Below are positions 11,054-20,828 of a stretch of 42,092 nucleotides of DNA, in pieces (within the stretch, counting starts at the first letter, position 1; every line of letters starts with the position of its first letter). The stretch lies in contig CAXBPH010000021.1 in NCBI GenBank assembly GCA_963977445.1, forward strand, positions 1 through 42,092. Reading direction: 5' to 3'. This DNA comes from an uncultured bacterium. Lineage in GTDB: Bacteria; Hydrogenedentota; Hydrogenedentia; Hydrogenedentales; JAEUWI01. The position numbers and the translations under genes are program-made. Under the pieces are notes generated by a model. That model did no database searches. It was given only the letters and a program-made list of their open reading frames with translations, and had not been told where the DNA came from.

Positions 11054-14000
11054 TCTCCGTCCTCCCCATCTGTTTCTGACAGGTTAAGTTTTCGGGCGAT
11101 GCGGGCGTCTTCATGGCGACAGGCCCGGGCCTGACCACAGCCGAAACAGCTATTGCCCCCCCGCTCCGGTGGGAAATAGCCCCGCCGTATGCCCTCCACA
11201 GCCCGCGCGATGGACTCATGCATATTGCCGACGCGGTCGGGCCACTTGCCTTTCCCCGCCAGGCCCAGGGCTTCACGACGCTCCGTCTTCCCCACGGCCA
11301 GGTAGCGGGCTTCGGTGCATTCACTGCCCGGAATCACATGGGACTCCACGGCTTCGGCATAGACAGAAAGCTGGATACTGCTTCCGCCCGTTATTTCACC
11401 GGCCCCAGGTACCCCCCCGGACTTATAGTCGATGAGGCGCACCCAGTTCTCGTCGCAGTCGATGCGGTCAATACGTCCCGTAAAACGAACGGGCCCCGCG
11501 CTTCCTTCCATCACGAAAGGCTCGGGCGTGGAAGGGGCCGCGCCCTCGGTTGGGGCACTGCGTCCGAAGGCCACCTCAAACCAGGTGGGCTTCCAAGCCT
11601 GCTCTTTTTCCAGGGCGTGCTCCACCCGGAGATAGCGGTGCAATCGACGAAGCAAGTGCACTTTTTCCGCCAATACGGCACCACGGGGTGCGGCGGACTC
11701 ATTCCAGTCATAGTTTTCGAAGGCCGTCTCCACCAACGCCGCCATCGTTTCGTCCGCCTTGCCCAGGCCGATATCCCGGATGTGGAGGCCCTTGAACTGG
11801 CCATGGAATGCCTCCAGCACATCGTGGAGCAGACTCCCCCGAATCAGGGCACCCACCGCACTGTCGGGCGCGCCCCCTTCTTCCAGACGGAGCACCCGGT
11901 TCACGTAAAAATTGAAGGGACAGGACAACCACGTTTCCAGCTGGTTCACGCTGAATTCATGGGCCTCTCCATACTCGGCGGCAATGGCCGCAATCAATGC
12001 GGGGTCGGTCAGGGCACCGTCGAAGGCACCGAAGGGGGCATCCGATTGACGTTCGGTCTCGACGCCAGCACCAACGACACAGGGCGCGCACAAGTCGGGA
12101 AATGCCGTTACCAAATCCGGTGCGCCGTACAAAGCCCGATTCATCACATCCCGGTGGGAAGCGATGTACGCCGGGTCGGGCAGGAAACTATCCGCCTTGG
12201 GGTAGGGCTCCACAACGCCGAGGGACTCGGGAAAAAGTTCGCGCACATCGGTCAGAAAGGGACTGGGACTGGCTTCCCGTCCCGAGTCCTGCATCAATTG
12301 CCACGAAAGCACGAGGGAATCGCGGGCGCATTCCAACACATGGCCAAAGAGCATGCGCTGCCGGGCGTGGTGTTCCTGATTACTCTCGATCGGGATGCCA
12401 GCCTCATTCAGCCGTTCCCGATCACGCTCGGGATAGACGGCGTTGCCTGCAGGCGGTGCCGGGGCCTGGCCTTCGTTGAGTCCCCCCACGTATACATGGG
12501 CGAAGCGCTCATTGCGCACCTGGTTGGCATCAAGACAGGCGACGCCACCCGCCGTGCCGGGCAAGCTGAAGGACAGTTCCTCCAGCCCCTGGGTGAAGCG
12601 AGCCAGGAAATCCTCCCGCGTCATCTCCACTACATCGCTGCCGGGGCCGTCGGCGAGTAATTCCAGGAGGCTGCGGATGCCTTCCCGGGCAAGCGGGTCT
12701 TCCTCGACCAGATAGGTGTTGTCGTCTTGCAAGGCGCATTCGGTCAGGAGGGTATCCAGCAGGACCGCGTAGTCATACTGGGTTCCCTTCGCGGGCAGAC
12801 GCTGCTGCAGGTCCGCGAGGCCCGCCATGGCCGCAAGCAAGGCTTCCAGCGCGGCCACGCCGTCGGGGTGCCGTTTCAGCAGGGTCCGGGCATCATCGCG
12901 CTCACCCCGCTCCAGTTGCTTCTTGAGTCGTTCCAGCCGATAGAGCCAATCCTTATAGCCTTCGAGGATCTGGGCCCGCTGGGCATAGTAGGCCGCCGCC
13001 TCGGGCACGGGGCCAATCACCGAAGCCAGATAGGGGCCGTGCAGAAGTTCCAGTATCCCCTCCCGCTCCCAATCGGCGGTGGCAAAGAGGTTGAGCAAGG
13101 TGCGGCCCAGGCGACTTTCGGCAAGCGTCCGTTGGGTGGCCAGTTGGCACGGCAGCCCAAAGGAGGCAAAGACGGAGCGAAGGGTGTCCCCCATGCGGGT
13201 CATGTTCCAATAGACCACGGCAATATCGGTGGGCGACACGCCTTCATCGACGATGCGCTTCTTGACCCGGCGGGCGATGGATTCCATCTCGTGGATGGTG
13301 TCGCTACAGGGCAGGATGGTGAGGTTGGTGTCCAGGCCTTCCGGCAAAACCGGTTCTTCGCGCCAGAATATATGACGGGTCGCGTAGTCCACCTGCCCCG
13401 TCACCTCGGCGCCCTCACAACCCACAATCTGGCAGTCAAAGTGCTCCCGAAGCTGGCGGAGTGTATTCAAGGACAGGGTATAGCGGTCCTGGCGATCGGG
13501 TGCGAGATCCACATTGAGCCCGAGCTGTACCGTATCCACATGGGCCGACAGGGAGCGCAGGAGGCGGAATTCCGACGGCGTAAAGTCGTCGAAGCCATCC
13601 CAGAGCAGGGTCGACACGCCCTCCAGAATTTTGGGGCGTCCCTGGGTTGCGAAGTAGTCCGCATGCCAATAGAGGCCGGGCACATCGTAGAGACCGTCTT
13701 CCTGCATGGATTCCTGATAGAGGGCATAGACGGCGGCGACTCCTTCGTCGAGGGAGGCGGTGTAGCCCGACGCCTGGAGGCGCTCGGCGAAAATATCGGG
13801 TTCGATGGCCGCCTGCTTGAGGTCGTTCACCACCGAAACCAGATGGCGAATCAGGCCTGGCGTCTGGCGGATGCGTACCAGCGGGGTATCAGGGAGCTCA
13901 ACAGCGATTTCATGGAGGCAATGCTCCATGAGGAGGCGCTGCTGAAAGGCGGAGTCGAAGCGGGTAACCGTGACCCCTTCTCGGGCTACCAGGTCCTGGG

Positions 14001-14208
14001 CAAAATCGGTGAGGGACAATACGGGGGCACCCCACGCACCGGGGCAGCCTTCGGCCGCGAAAAAGTGTTCGCGACGCCGACGTGCCTGACGGACCGAGGG
14101 CACCAATAAACGGGCCGTTCCCTGTGATTCTCGTAAGCGATGGTCCAGCCGTGCCGAACGAGCACTGCCATTGGGTCCACAGAAGACGGTGATAGATTTT
14201 CGCGCCAT
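11050..14208 (-). CDS. addB: ATP-dependent helicase/nuclease subunit B
   Basis: DGFDDFTP, nuclease motif GRIDRID..DYKSG..QLSVY, and Fe-S staple cysteines (CPF...CFGCGQARAC). Its stop overlaps the addA ATG (ATGA). Confidence 0.88.
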   Translation of the reverse strand: MARKSITVFCGPNGSARSARLDHRLRESQGTARLLVPSVRQARRRREHFFAAEGCPGAWGAPVLSLTDFAQDLVAREGVTVTRFDSAFQQRLLMEHCLHEIAVELPDTPLVRIRQTPGLIRHLVSVVNDLKQAAIEPDIFAERLQASGYTASLDEGVAAVYALYQESMQEDGLYDVPGLYWHADYFATQGRPKILEGVSTLLWDGFDDFTPSEFRLLRSLSAHVDTVQLGLNVDLAPDRQDRYTLSLNTLRQLREHFDCQIVGCEGAEVTGQVDYATRHIFWREEPVLPEGLDTNLTILPCSDTIHEMESIARRVKKRIVDEGVSPTDIAVVYWNMTRMGDTLRSVFASFGLPCQLATQRTLAESRLGRTLLNLFATADWEREGILELLHGPYLASVIGPVPEAAAYYAQRAQILEGYKDWLYRLERLKKQLERGERDDARTLLKRHPDGVAALEALLAAMAGLADLQQRLPAKGTQYDYAVLLDTLLTECALQDDNTYLVEEDPLAREGIRSLLELLADGPGSDVVEMTREDFLARFTQGLEELSFSLPGTAGGVACLDANQVRNERFAHVYVGGLNEGQAPAPPAGNAVYPERDRERLNEAGIPIESNQEHHARQRMLFGHVLECARDSLVLSWQLMQDSGREASPSPFLTDVRELFPESLGVVEPYPKADSFLPDPAYIASHRDVMNRALYGAPDLVTAFPDLCAPCVVGAGVETERQSDAPFGAFDGALTDPALIAAIAAEYGEAHEFSVNQLETWLSCPFNFYVNRVLRLEEGGAPDSAVGALIRGSLLHDVLEAFHGQFKGLHIRDIGLGKADETMAALVETAFENYDWNESAAPRGAVLAEKVHLLRRLHRYLRVEHALEKEQAWKPTWFEVAFGRSAPTEGAAPSTPEPFVMEGSAGPVRFTGRIDRIDCDENWVRLIDYKSGGVPGAGEITGGSSIQLSVYAEAVESHVIPGSECTEARYLAVGKTERREALGLAGKGKWPDRVGNMHESIARAVEGIRRGYFPPERGGNSCFGCGQARACRHEDARIARKLNLSETDGEDGE

Positions 14209-14246
14209 GATTACTCCCTGCCAGATTGCCCGATGTTGTGGCGCTT

Positions 14247-14275
14247 ATAGTAATGGGGTGACTGGCGGGAATCAA
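14247..14275 (-). promoter_or_regulatory. Sigma-70-type promoter for addBA
   Basis: TTGATT-17 bp-TACTAT on the minus strand, about 40 bp upstream of addB. Confidence 0.55.
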
Positions 14276-14312
14276 TGGGCAGGGGACTACGGGTGGTACA
14301 TAAGAAAATTCA

Positions 14313-14527
14313 TTCGTGCCACGTCGTAGACGCGCCGTAGGAGGGCGATCCGACAACGTCGGTTCGTGTGAAGGTACTAAGACGGACATAGAGACAGCAG
14401 AATAGACTTACGTTACCCCTCAGTATCTTTTGGCAATCAAGATTCGAAATTCCGGTCGGTGCATCAGGCCCATAGACTCAGCCACGCCCCACACACGAAC
14501 CGACGTTGTCGGATCGCGTGGCACGAA
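14313..14527. repeat. REPIN/MITE-like palindromic element
   Basis: Perfect 26-bp inverted repeat 14345-14370/14492-14517 and an outer 11-bp inverted repeat 14313-14323/14517-14527. Confidence 0.9.
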
Positions 14528-14535
14528 CGGTGATG

Positions 14536-16239
14536 TCAACTGTCAACCACGCCATAAACCTGATCGTCATTCTTTATCTCGTAGCGGTAGCCTTGCTCGG
14601 TGAGAAACAGCTGACGTTTCACGGAGAAGTCCTGGTCGCTTGTGTCCCGTGAGACCAGCGAGTAAAACCGGGCGATGACGTTTTCGTCGCTCTTGGGACG
14701 AAGGATACGGCCCAGTCGCTGGGCCTCTTCCTGACGACTGCCGAAGGTGCCGGACACCTGGATCGCGATATTGGCGTCGGGCAGGTCGATGGCGAAGTTG
14801 GCCACCTTGGACACAATCAGCAGCTTGATCCCGCCGGTCCGGAAAGCGTTGTAGAGTTTTTCCCGCTCGCCGTTGGGCGTGCGGCCGGTAATGATGGGGG
14901 CTTCGAATTTCTTCGACAAGTCCTGGAGCTGGTCGAGGTATTGACCGATGATGAGGACGTTGTCGTCTTTGTGGTGCTCTACCAGGAACTTACACATATC
15001 GATTTTGGCGGGGTTGCACGAGGCAATACGAAATTTGGTCCGCTTGTTGGCGATGGCGTAGTTGTAGCGCTCGCTTTCGGGCAGGCGCATGCGAATTTCG
15101 GAGCAGATGGCCGTGGCTATCCAGCCCTGCTTCTCCAGCACCTTCCAGGGCACGTCATATTTCTTGGGTCCGATGAGACTGAATACATCATCTTCCCGAC
15201 CATCTTCCCGGACCAACGTCGCGGTGAGGCCGAGACGTCGACGGGCCTGGAGGGAGGCCGTCGCCCGAAACACGGGGGCGGGCAACAGATGGACTTCATC
15301 ATAGATTATCAGGCCCCATTGGCCTTGTTCGAAGAGGCCAAAGTGCAGGAAGGGGCCGTCTTTTGTCTTCCGATAGGTCAAGACCTGATAGGTGGCGAGG
15401 GTCACGGGCTTAATAATCTTGTTTTCGCCGCTGTATTCCCCCAAATCATCTTCGGTCAGGTGGGTCTTGTCGAGGATTTCATTTTTCCACTGGCGGAGGG
15501 CCACCGTGTTGGTCGTCAGGATCAGGGTGTGGGTCTTCACCGTTGCCAGCGCGCCAATGGCCACCACCGTCTTGCCCGCGCCACAGGGCAGAACCACCAC
15601 GCCACTGCCGCCGCGATTGGTGCCACCGGCGTGAAAGGCATCCACCGATTCCTGCTGGTATTTGCGGAGGCCGAATTTTCTCCCGGAAAGACACTGATCC
15701 CGAAGCTCCACCGTCAGGGGAGCCCCTTCGGTATAGCCCGCCAAGTCTTCTACGGGAAAGCCCAATTTAATCAGGGCACACTTTACATTGCCCCGATCAC
15801 CGGGTTTCACAAAGATGCGTTTCAGGTCGGGTGAGCCGGTGACGTAGGGCTGGACGGACTTCTGATTGAGAATCTCCATAATCAACATGGAATCGTCTGA
15901 TTCGATGACGAGTTGGTCCGTATCGGGCTGTTTATAGAGCTTCAAGCGGCCATATCGCCCTATCTGCTCTTCCACTTCCGCCGTAATATTCTGGGGTATC
16001 TCATACTTGCTATAGGTGAGCAAACCCTCTAGTATGTCCTTAGCAGACATGCCGGACGCGGCGGCGTTCCATAGAGAGAGCGGCGTAAGCTGATAGGTGT
16101 GGATGTGCTCTGGCGATTTGACGAGTTCTGCAAAGGACGCCAAGCTATCTCGGGCTCCAGCAAATGCGGGACCGTCCGTCTCCAAAAGGATTGAGCGATC
16201 CGACTGAACAATCACGGGTTTATCGTTGATCATAGCCAT
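14536..16239 (-). CDS. xpb: Bacterial XPB (Ssl2/Rad25-like) SF2 DNA helicase
   Basis: N-terminal FAEL.KSPEHIHTY.LTPLSLWNA, VLPCGAGKT, DEVH, GLTATLVRED (RED motif) and QRLGRILR. Confidence 0.93.
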   Translation of the reverse strand: MAMINDKPVIVQSDRSILLETDGPAFAGARDSLASFAELVKSPEHIHTYQLTPLSLWNAAASGMSAKDILEGLLTYSKYEIPQNITAEVEEQIGRYGRLKLYKQPDTDQLVIESDDSMLIMEILNQKSVQPYVTGSPDLKRIFVKPGDRGNVKCALIKLGFPVEDLAGYTEGAPLTVELRDQCLSGRKFGLRKYQQESVDAFHAGGTNRGGSGVVVLPCGAGKTVVAIGALATVKTHTLILTTNTVALRQWKNEILDKTHLTEDDLGEYSGENKIIKPVTLATYQVLTYRKTKDGPFLHFGLFEQGQWGLIIYDEVHLLPAPVFRATASLQARRRLGLTATLVREDGREDDVFSLIGPKKYDVPWKVLEKQGWIATAICSEIRMRLPESERYNYAIANKRTKFRIASCNPAKIDMCKFLVEHHKDDNVLIIGQYLDQLQDLSKKFEAPIITGRTPNGEREKLYNAFRTGGIKLLIVSKVANFAIDLPDANIAIQVSGTFGSRQEEAQRLGRILRPKSDENVIARFYSLVSRDTSDQDFSVKRQLFLTEQGYRYEIKNDDQVYGVVDS

Positions 16240-16427
16240 AACGCCGAAGTCTATCAGAAATTGGCACTATTTGCATCCCATTGACCTCGGGTCAGCGTCT
16301 GTGGTGAATAGAATGCTAATCCCCGGTGTAATTCAGTCAGGATTCGCCCTATGGCGATGGGATACTATCGCGAATGAAACAAATAAACCCTCCGAACCTG
16401 GTTCGATTGAATAAAGGAAGTCTCGTT

Positions 16428-18116
16428 ATGAAACGGCTATTGGGCGTGATCTGCATTTTCCTTCTGGCGATAAGTCCCATTTCCGCGCAGGAAACCCCGA
16501 CCGAAGCTACTGCCATTGAGGCCCCGCCGGTCGTCGTCGAAGAGAATTCTGTCCCGGCGGAAGATGTTGGCACGGAGACGACAGAAGTTGGTGGCGATGA
16601 AAACACCGAAGAAAAGAAGCCTTTCGTCGTAATTTGTCCCATCAACGATGAAATCAATGAAGGCCTGGCCGTCGTTGTAAAGCGGGCCGTTGATAGCGCC
16701 AAAAATGCCGACGCCTTGCTCTTTGTTATTGATACCCCCGGTGGTCGCGTGGATTCCGCCATCGAGATCACCACCGCCATCATGAGCGTAGACTGCCCCA
16801 CCATTGCCTATATCGAGGGCATGGGTGCCATATCGGCCGGGGCCATCATCAGCTATTCGTGTGATTATATCTACATGACAGAAGGCACGAATATCGGTGC
16901 CTCCACCCCCATTATGCCCGGTGTGGAAACCACCGAGGCCATGGATGAAAAGTCCAATTCCTTCGTGCGCGCCAAATATCGCGCCTTGGGCGAAGCCAAT
17001 GGCCACGCGCCCTTGCTGGGTGAAGCGATGGTCGATCGGAATATGGAAGTGCGCGGCTATCTTGAAGAAGACGGCACCTATACCATTTTCAAAGTCGAGG
17101 AATCTGAGGCGGGCGACTATAGCGATTCCAATAGCGATGTCGTGAAAGTCCTGCAGAAGATTCTTGGTGCCGTGGCGGGCGCAAACGGTGAAAACGCGCC
17201 ATCCGCCGACGGCGATAGCGAAGCCGACGACGACTATGCCTACATCACCGAAAAGACGGAGTTAATCAGCGCCCGAGGCGAACTATTGACCATGACCTCC
17301 AACGAGGCGGTCCATTTCGGCCTGGCCGCTGGCATCACCACCGACATCAGCGACACCCTCCGTGAGTTTATGCTGGGTAGTGTTGACCGCCTGACCATCG
17401 AGCCGACCTGGGAAGAGGCCCTCTTTGCCTTTCTCACCAGCCCCACCATCGCGGGTCTGTTGCTTATGGCCGGTCTGGGCGGCATTTATGTCGAAGTGCG
17501 TACCCCCGGTTTTGGGGCTCCCGGTATCATCGGCACGGCCTGCCTGGCCCTGTTTTTCGGATCCCACATGGTTCTCGGCATGACGGACTGGGTCGATCTG
17601 GCCCTCATTCTCGCGGGATTCCTATTGATACTTGCCGAAGTCTTCCTGCTGCCCGGATTTGGCCTCGCAGGGATATTGGGCTTTGTCTGCCTGATTGGCG
17701 GGGCCTATCTGGCCCTGGTAAAGGCCCCGATGCCGGAATTCGCCTGGGAATATGGACATATGAATGAAGCCCTCTACACCCTGTGTGTCGGTTTCTTCTC
17801 CTTCATTGCCTTTGTGGTGGTGTCCGGCTTTGTCTTGCCCTACACCCCTCTCGGCAACTTTCTCGTGCTGAGCACGGCCCTCAATTCAGATGCCGGTTAC
17901 ACCGCCCAGACGACTGTCGAAGCACAAGCTTCGCTGGGCCTCCAGGGCGTTGTCCATTCCGCCCTGCGACCTGCGGGTAAAGGGCGCTTCGGAAACCAGA
18001 AAATGGATGTGGTTACCCGAGGTGAATTCCTGGACAAAGACACCCCCATTAAGATCATTCAATCCGACGGCAACCGGTATGTGGTCACGGAAATTGATCC
18101 TCCCCCGACGGCCTGA
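16428..18116 (+). CDS. nfeD: Long NfeD (ClpP-like serine protease domain + TM region + OB fold), YqeZ-like
   Basis: Signal peptide, IDTPGG, AISAG (Ser) and EK (Lys) dyad, EV.TPGFG, and C-terminal LRPAG. ATG follows AAGGA. Confidence 0.9.
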   Translation: MKRLLGVICIFLLAISPISAQETPTEATAIEAPPVVVEENSVPAEDVGTETTEVGGDENTEEKKPFVVICPINDEINEGLAVVVKRAVDSAKNADALLFVIDTPGGRVDSAIEITTAIMSVDCPTIAYIEGMGAISAGAIISYSCDYIYMTEGTNIGASTPIMPGVETTEAMDEKSNSFVRAKYRALGEANGHAPLLGEAMVDRNMEVRGYLEEDGTYTIFKVEESEAGDYSDSNSDVVKVLQKILGAVAGANGENAPSADGDSEADDDYAYITEKTELISARGELLTMTSNEAVHFGLAAGITTDISDTLREFMLGSVDRLTIEPTWEEALFAFLTSPTIAGLLLMAGLGGIYVEVRTPGFGAPGIIGTACLALFFGSHMVLGMTDWVDLALILAGFLLILAEVFLLPGFGLAGILGFVCLIGGAYLALVKAPMPEFAWEYGHMNEALYTLCVGFFSFIAFVVVSGFVLPYTPLGNFLVLSTALNSDAGYTAQTTVEAQASLGLQGVVHSALRPAGKGRFGNQKMDVVTRGEFLDKDTPIKIIQSDGNRYVVTEIDPPPTA

Positions 18117-18160
18117 CGATAACACCGGACTATTCGGTAGAACGAAAGAAGATAGAGCGT

Positions 18161-18466
18161 ATGCGTGAATCTTTAATAAAAATGCTCCACCAGCTCTTGA
18201 GCGAGTTGGACTATGTGCAATCGCAGGGTGCGGGCTACTACACCTGCACGCCTTTTGCCCAGCGTTTCAACAAACTCGTGGTTCAGGCGGCAAATTATCT
18301 GGGCGAGGACAACTCCCTCGTGCAGAGTTTTGACGCCCTCGATGAGACGGATCCCAAAGACCCCGCCGACAAGAGCAAGCGTCTGTTGGGTGTGCGGATT
18401 GAAATTGGACAACTTATTGCGTTGTTGGAGTCTTCCGCGCCCGAAACTTCGGAGACTGGCAACTGA
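18161..18466 (+). CDS. Small hypothetical soluble helical protein in the nfeD-floA operon
   Basis: A 101-aa ORF fills the gap, and its TGA overlaps the next ATG (TGATG). Confidence 0.75.
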   Translation: MRESLIKMLHQLLSELDYVQSQGAGYYTCTPFAQRFNKLVVQAANYLGEDNSLVQSFDALDETDPKDPADKSKRLLGVRIEIGQLIALLESSAPETSETGN

Positions 18467-18939
18467 TGTTTTGGCCTCTCTTTCTCTTCGTCCTCGGAAT
18501 ATCCCTGATTATTCTGGAATTTGTGTTGCCCGGTGCCATCGCGGGCCTGGCGGGCGCAACCCTGTTATTCATTTCGGCCGGGATGGGCATTGCCGCCTAC
18601 CCCGACTACGCCTTTTCCATCGTCCTGGGTGAGTTTTTTGGTGCGGCAGTGGGGATTGGGATGGGCATTGTCCTCCTCTCCCGGACGAGTAGCCTCACGG
18701 GACTTTCTCTGGATACGAATTTGACGGCAGAGGGGGGCTACACCAACATGGCTTCCAACGAAGCCCTTGTGGGCCTCCAGGGAACGGTCTTGACGGCCCT
18801 CCGCCCGTCGGGAACAATTATGGTGGGCGAAGAGCGCCTGGACGCGGTTTCCGACGGAGATTTTATTAACGAAGGTGAAGGAGTAACGGTATTGGAAGTC
18901 CACGGCAACCGGGTGGTTGTCGAGAAATATGAAGCGTAG
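18466..18939 (+). CDS. Short NfeD-family protein (TM + OB fold)
   Basis: E.VLPG TM motif and a C-terminal LVGLQG...LRPSG...GNRVVV OB fold. Confidence 0.88.
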   Translation: MFWPLFLFVLGISLIILEFVLPGAIAGLAGATLLFISAGMGIAAYPDYAFSIVLGEFFGAAVGIGMGIVLLSRTSSLTGLSLDTNLTAEGGYTNMASNEALVGLQGTVLTALRPSGTIMVGEERLDAVSDGDFINEGEGVTVLEVHGNRVVVEKYEA

Positions 18940-18997
18940 ACCGCTCTGGTCATAGCAATAAACCCAAGAATACTTATAAGAGAAAGGATACCTGGTC

Positions 18998-20002
18998 GTG
19001 CCACAAAACGTCATTTGGATTTTCTTCGTCATTGGAGGAATCATCGTACTCGTCCTCGGGGGGCTCATGTTGAGCTTCTTCTCCCTGTGGATTCAGGCCC
19101 TCGCATCGGGGGCCAAGGTCAGCCTCCCCAGCCTCATTTTCATGAAGCTGAGGAAGGTGAACCCCAAGGTCATCATACTCGGGCGGATCATGGCGGTGAA
19201 AGCCGGGATAAACTTGAGCGCCAACGACTTGGAAGCCCACTATCTGGCGGGCGGTAACGTGCAGCGCGTGGTACAGGCCCTCATCGCCGCGAGCAAGGCC
19301 AATATCGCCTTGACCTTCCAACAAGCCACCGCCATCGATCTGGCGGGCCGCGATGTGCTGGAGGCCGTGAAGACCTCCGTACACCCCAAGGTCATCGATT
19401 GCCCCGATCCGAACCGTGGTTCGGACACCGTGGCCGCCGTGGCCATGGACGGTATCCAGCTCAAGGCCAAGGCCAAGGTGACGGTGCGGACCAATATCAA
19501 CCGTCTGGTTGGTGGTGCCGGTGAAGAGACCATCATCGCCCGCGTGGGTGAAGGTATCGTAACCACCATCGGTTCTTCCGAAACCCACAAGAAGGTGCTG
19601 GAAAATCCCGACATGATTTCCAAGGTCGTGCTCCAGCGCGGCCTGGACGCCGGTACGGCCTTTGAAATCCTCTCCATCGATATCGCTGACATCGACGTGG
19701 GCGAAAACATCGGTGCCCACCTGCAAATCAAGCAGGCCGAAGCCGACAAGCAGATCGCCCAGGCCCGCGCCGAAGAGCGCCGCGCCATGGCCAAGGCCCG
19801 TGAAGCTGAAATGCAGGCCCAGGTCATCGAGATGCAGGCCAAAGTGGTTGAGGCCGAGGCCGAAGTGCCCCGCGCCATGGCCGATGCCTTCCGCAATGGC
19901 AATCTCGGTGTAATGGACTACTACAAGATGAAAAACGTCATGGCGGACACCGACATGCGTGAATCCATCGCCAAGACCGATGAAGAAGAGCCCAAACACT
20001 AA
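18998..20002 (+). CDS. floA: Flotillin-like protein FloA (YqfA family)
   Basis: [58 protein letters not shown] and GVMDYY motifs. Confidence 0.96.
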   Translation: MPQNVIWIFFVIGGIIVLVLGGLMLSFFSLWIQALASGAKVSLPSLIFMKLRKVNPKVIILGRIMAVKAGINLSANDLEAHYLAGGNVQRVVQALIAASKANIALTFQQATAIDLAGRDVLEAVKTSVHPKVIDCPDPNRGSDTVAAVAMDGIQLKAKAKVTVRTNINRLVGGAGEETIIARVGEGIVTTIGSSETHKKVLENPDMISKVVLQRGLDAGTAFEILSIDIADIDVGENIGAHLQIKQAEADKQIAQARAEERRAMAKAREAEMQAQVIEMQAKVVEAEAEVPRAMADAFRNGNLGVMDYYKMKNVMADTDMRESIAKTDEEEPKH

Positions 20003-20147
20003 ATCACCGTGAACATCACGGCGTTAGACCGATATATGGTGCGGGCGGTACACGTTACCGTCCGCACCGTAGTTGAATTAAGTAATACGGTGCCCCCATG
20101 GGCCATGGCCGTGAATTAAGTGCATAACCCGACCTACAGGTTCCCCT

Positions 20148-20780
20148 ATGAACAATCTAGATGACCTAATTGGCCTGATAATCTTCGTCGTAATTGCTGT
20201 TATCAGTGGCCTTGCCAAGCTGATGGAAAAACGCAAGCAGGATGCTCAACAAAGCCAGCGTCCCGCGCCACGGCGCGTAGAAGATTTGCCCGAAGCCACC
20301 CGGCGCATGCTCTATGGCGATGGACAGCCCCCGGTCGCCCAGAAACGGGGGGAAGCACCAAGACCATCACAGGCACGGGAAAGCACACCCACGCCCCGGC
20401 AAGCCGTACCCCAGCGCCAATCCGCCCCAACGCCCCCACCCCTGCAGCAGCCACAGCGCCGTCCCGTACCCCAGCAACAATCACGGCCTGTGCCGACCGC
20501 GCCGGTGTACCGAACGGAACCCCCACGTCGCTCAGCCCCCCAGCGTCCCGCGCAGACCCTCCGCGACAATTGGCAGCAGGCCCAGCGTCAGGCCACCCCA
20601 ACGCCCCGGCCTGCACAATCCCAGTCCCAACGGAGTGCTACGCCCGTCCCAACGCCGACACGCCCCAAAAGACCACGGCGGAAGCAGAGTTCCATCAAGG
20701 CGCTCCTCCACCACCCCAAGACCCTGCGTACCAGCATTGTTCTTCACGAAGTGTTAAGCCCCCCGAAATCCCTGCGCTAA
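20148..20780 (+). CDS. YqfB-like membrane-anchored Pro/Gln/Arg-rich protein
   Basis: N-terminal TM segment, low-complexity middle, and C-terminal IVLHEVLSPPKSLR motif. Lies directly after floA. Confidence 0.75.
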   Translation: MNNLDDLIGLIIFVVIAVISGLAKLMEKRKQDAQQSQRPAPRRVEDLPEATRRMLYGDGQPPVAQKRGEAPRPSQARESTPTPRQAVPQRQSAPTPPPLQQPQRRPVPQQQSRPVPTAPVYRTEPPRRSAPQRPAQTLRDNWQQAQRQATPTPRPAQSQSQRSATPVPTPTRPKRPRRKQSSIKALLHHPKTLRTSIVLHEVLSPPKSLR

Positions 20781-20828
20781 CCGCCTTTTGTTTACACGGA
20801 AGGCACGATGATTAAGATCTTCCACACT

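Noticed and set aside
16261..16319. Sigma-54 promoter (TTGGCAC...TTGCA) or CIRCE upstream of nfeD
   Set aside because: The GG-GC spacing is 8 rather than 10, and the CIRCE-like half-sites are about 40 bp apart instead of 9.
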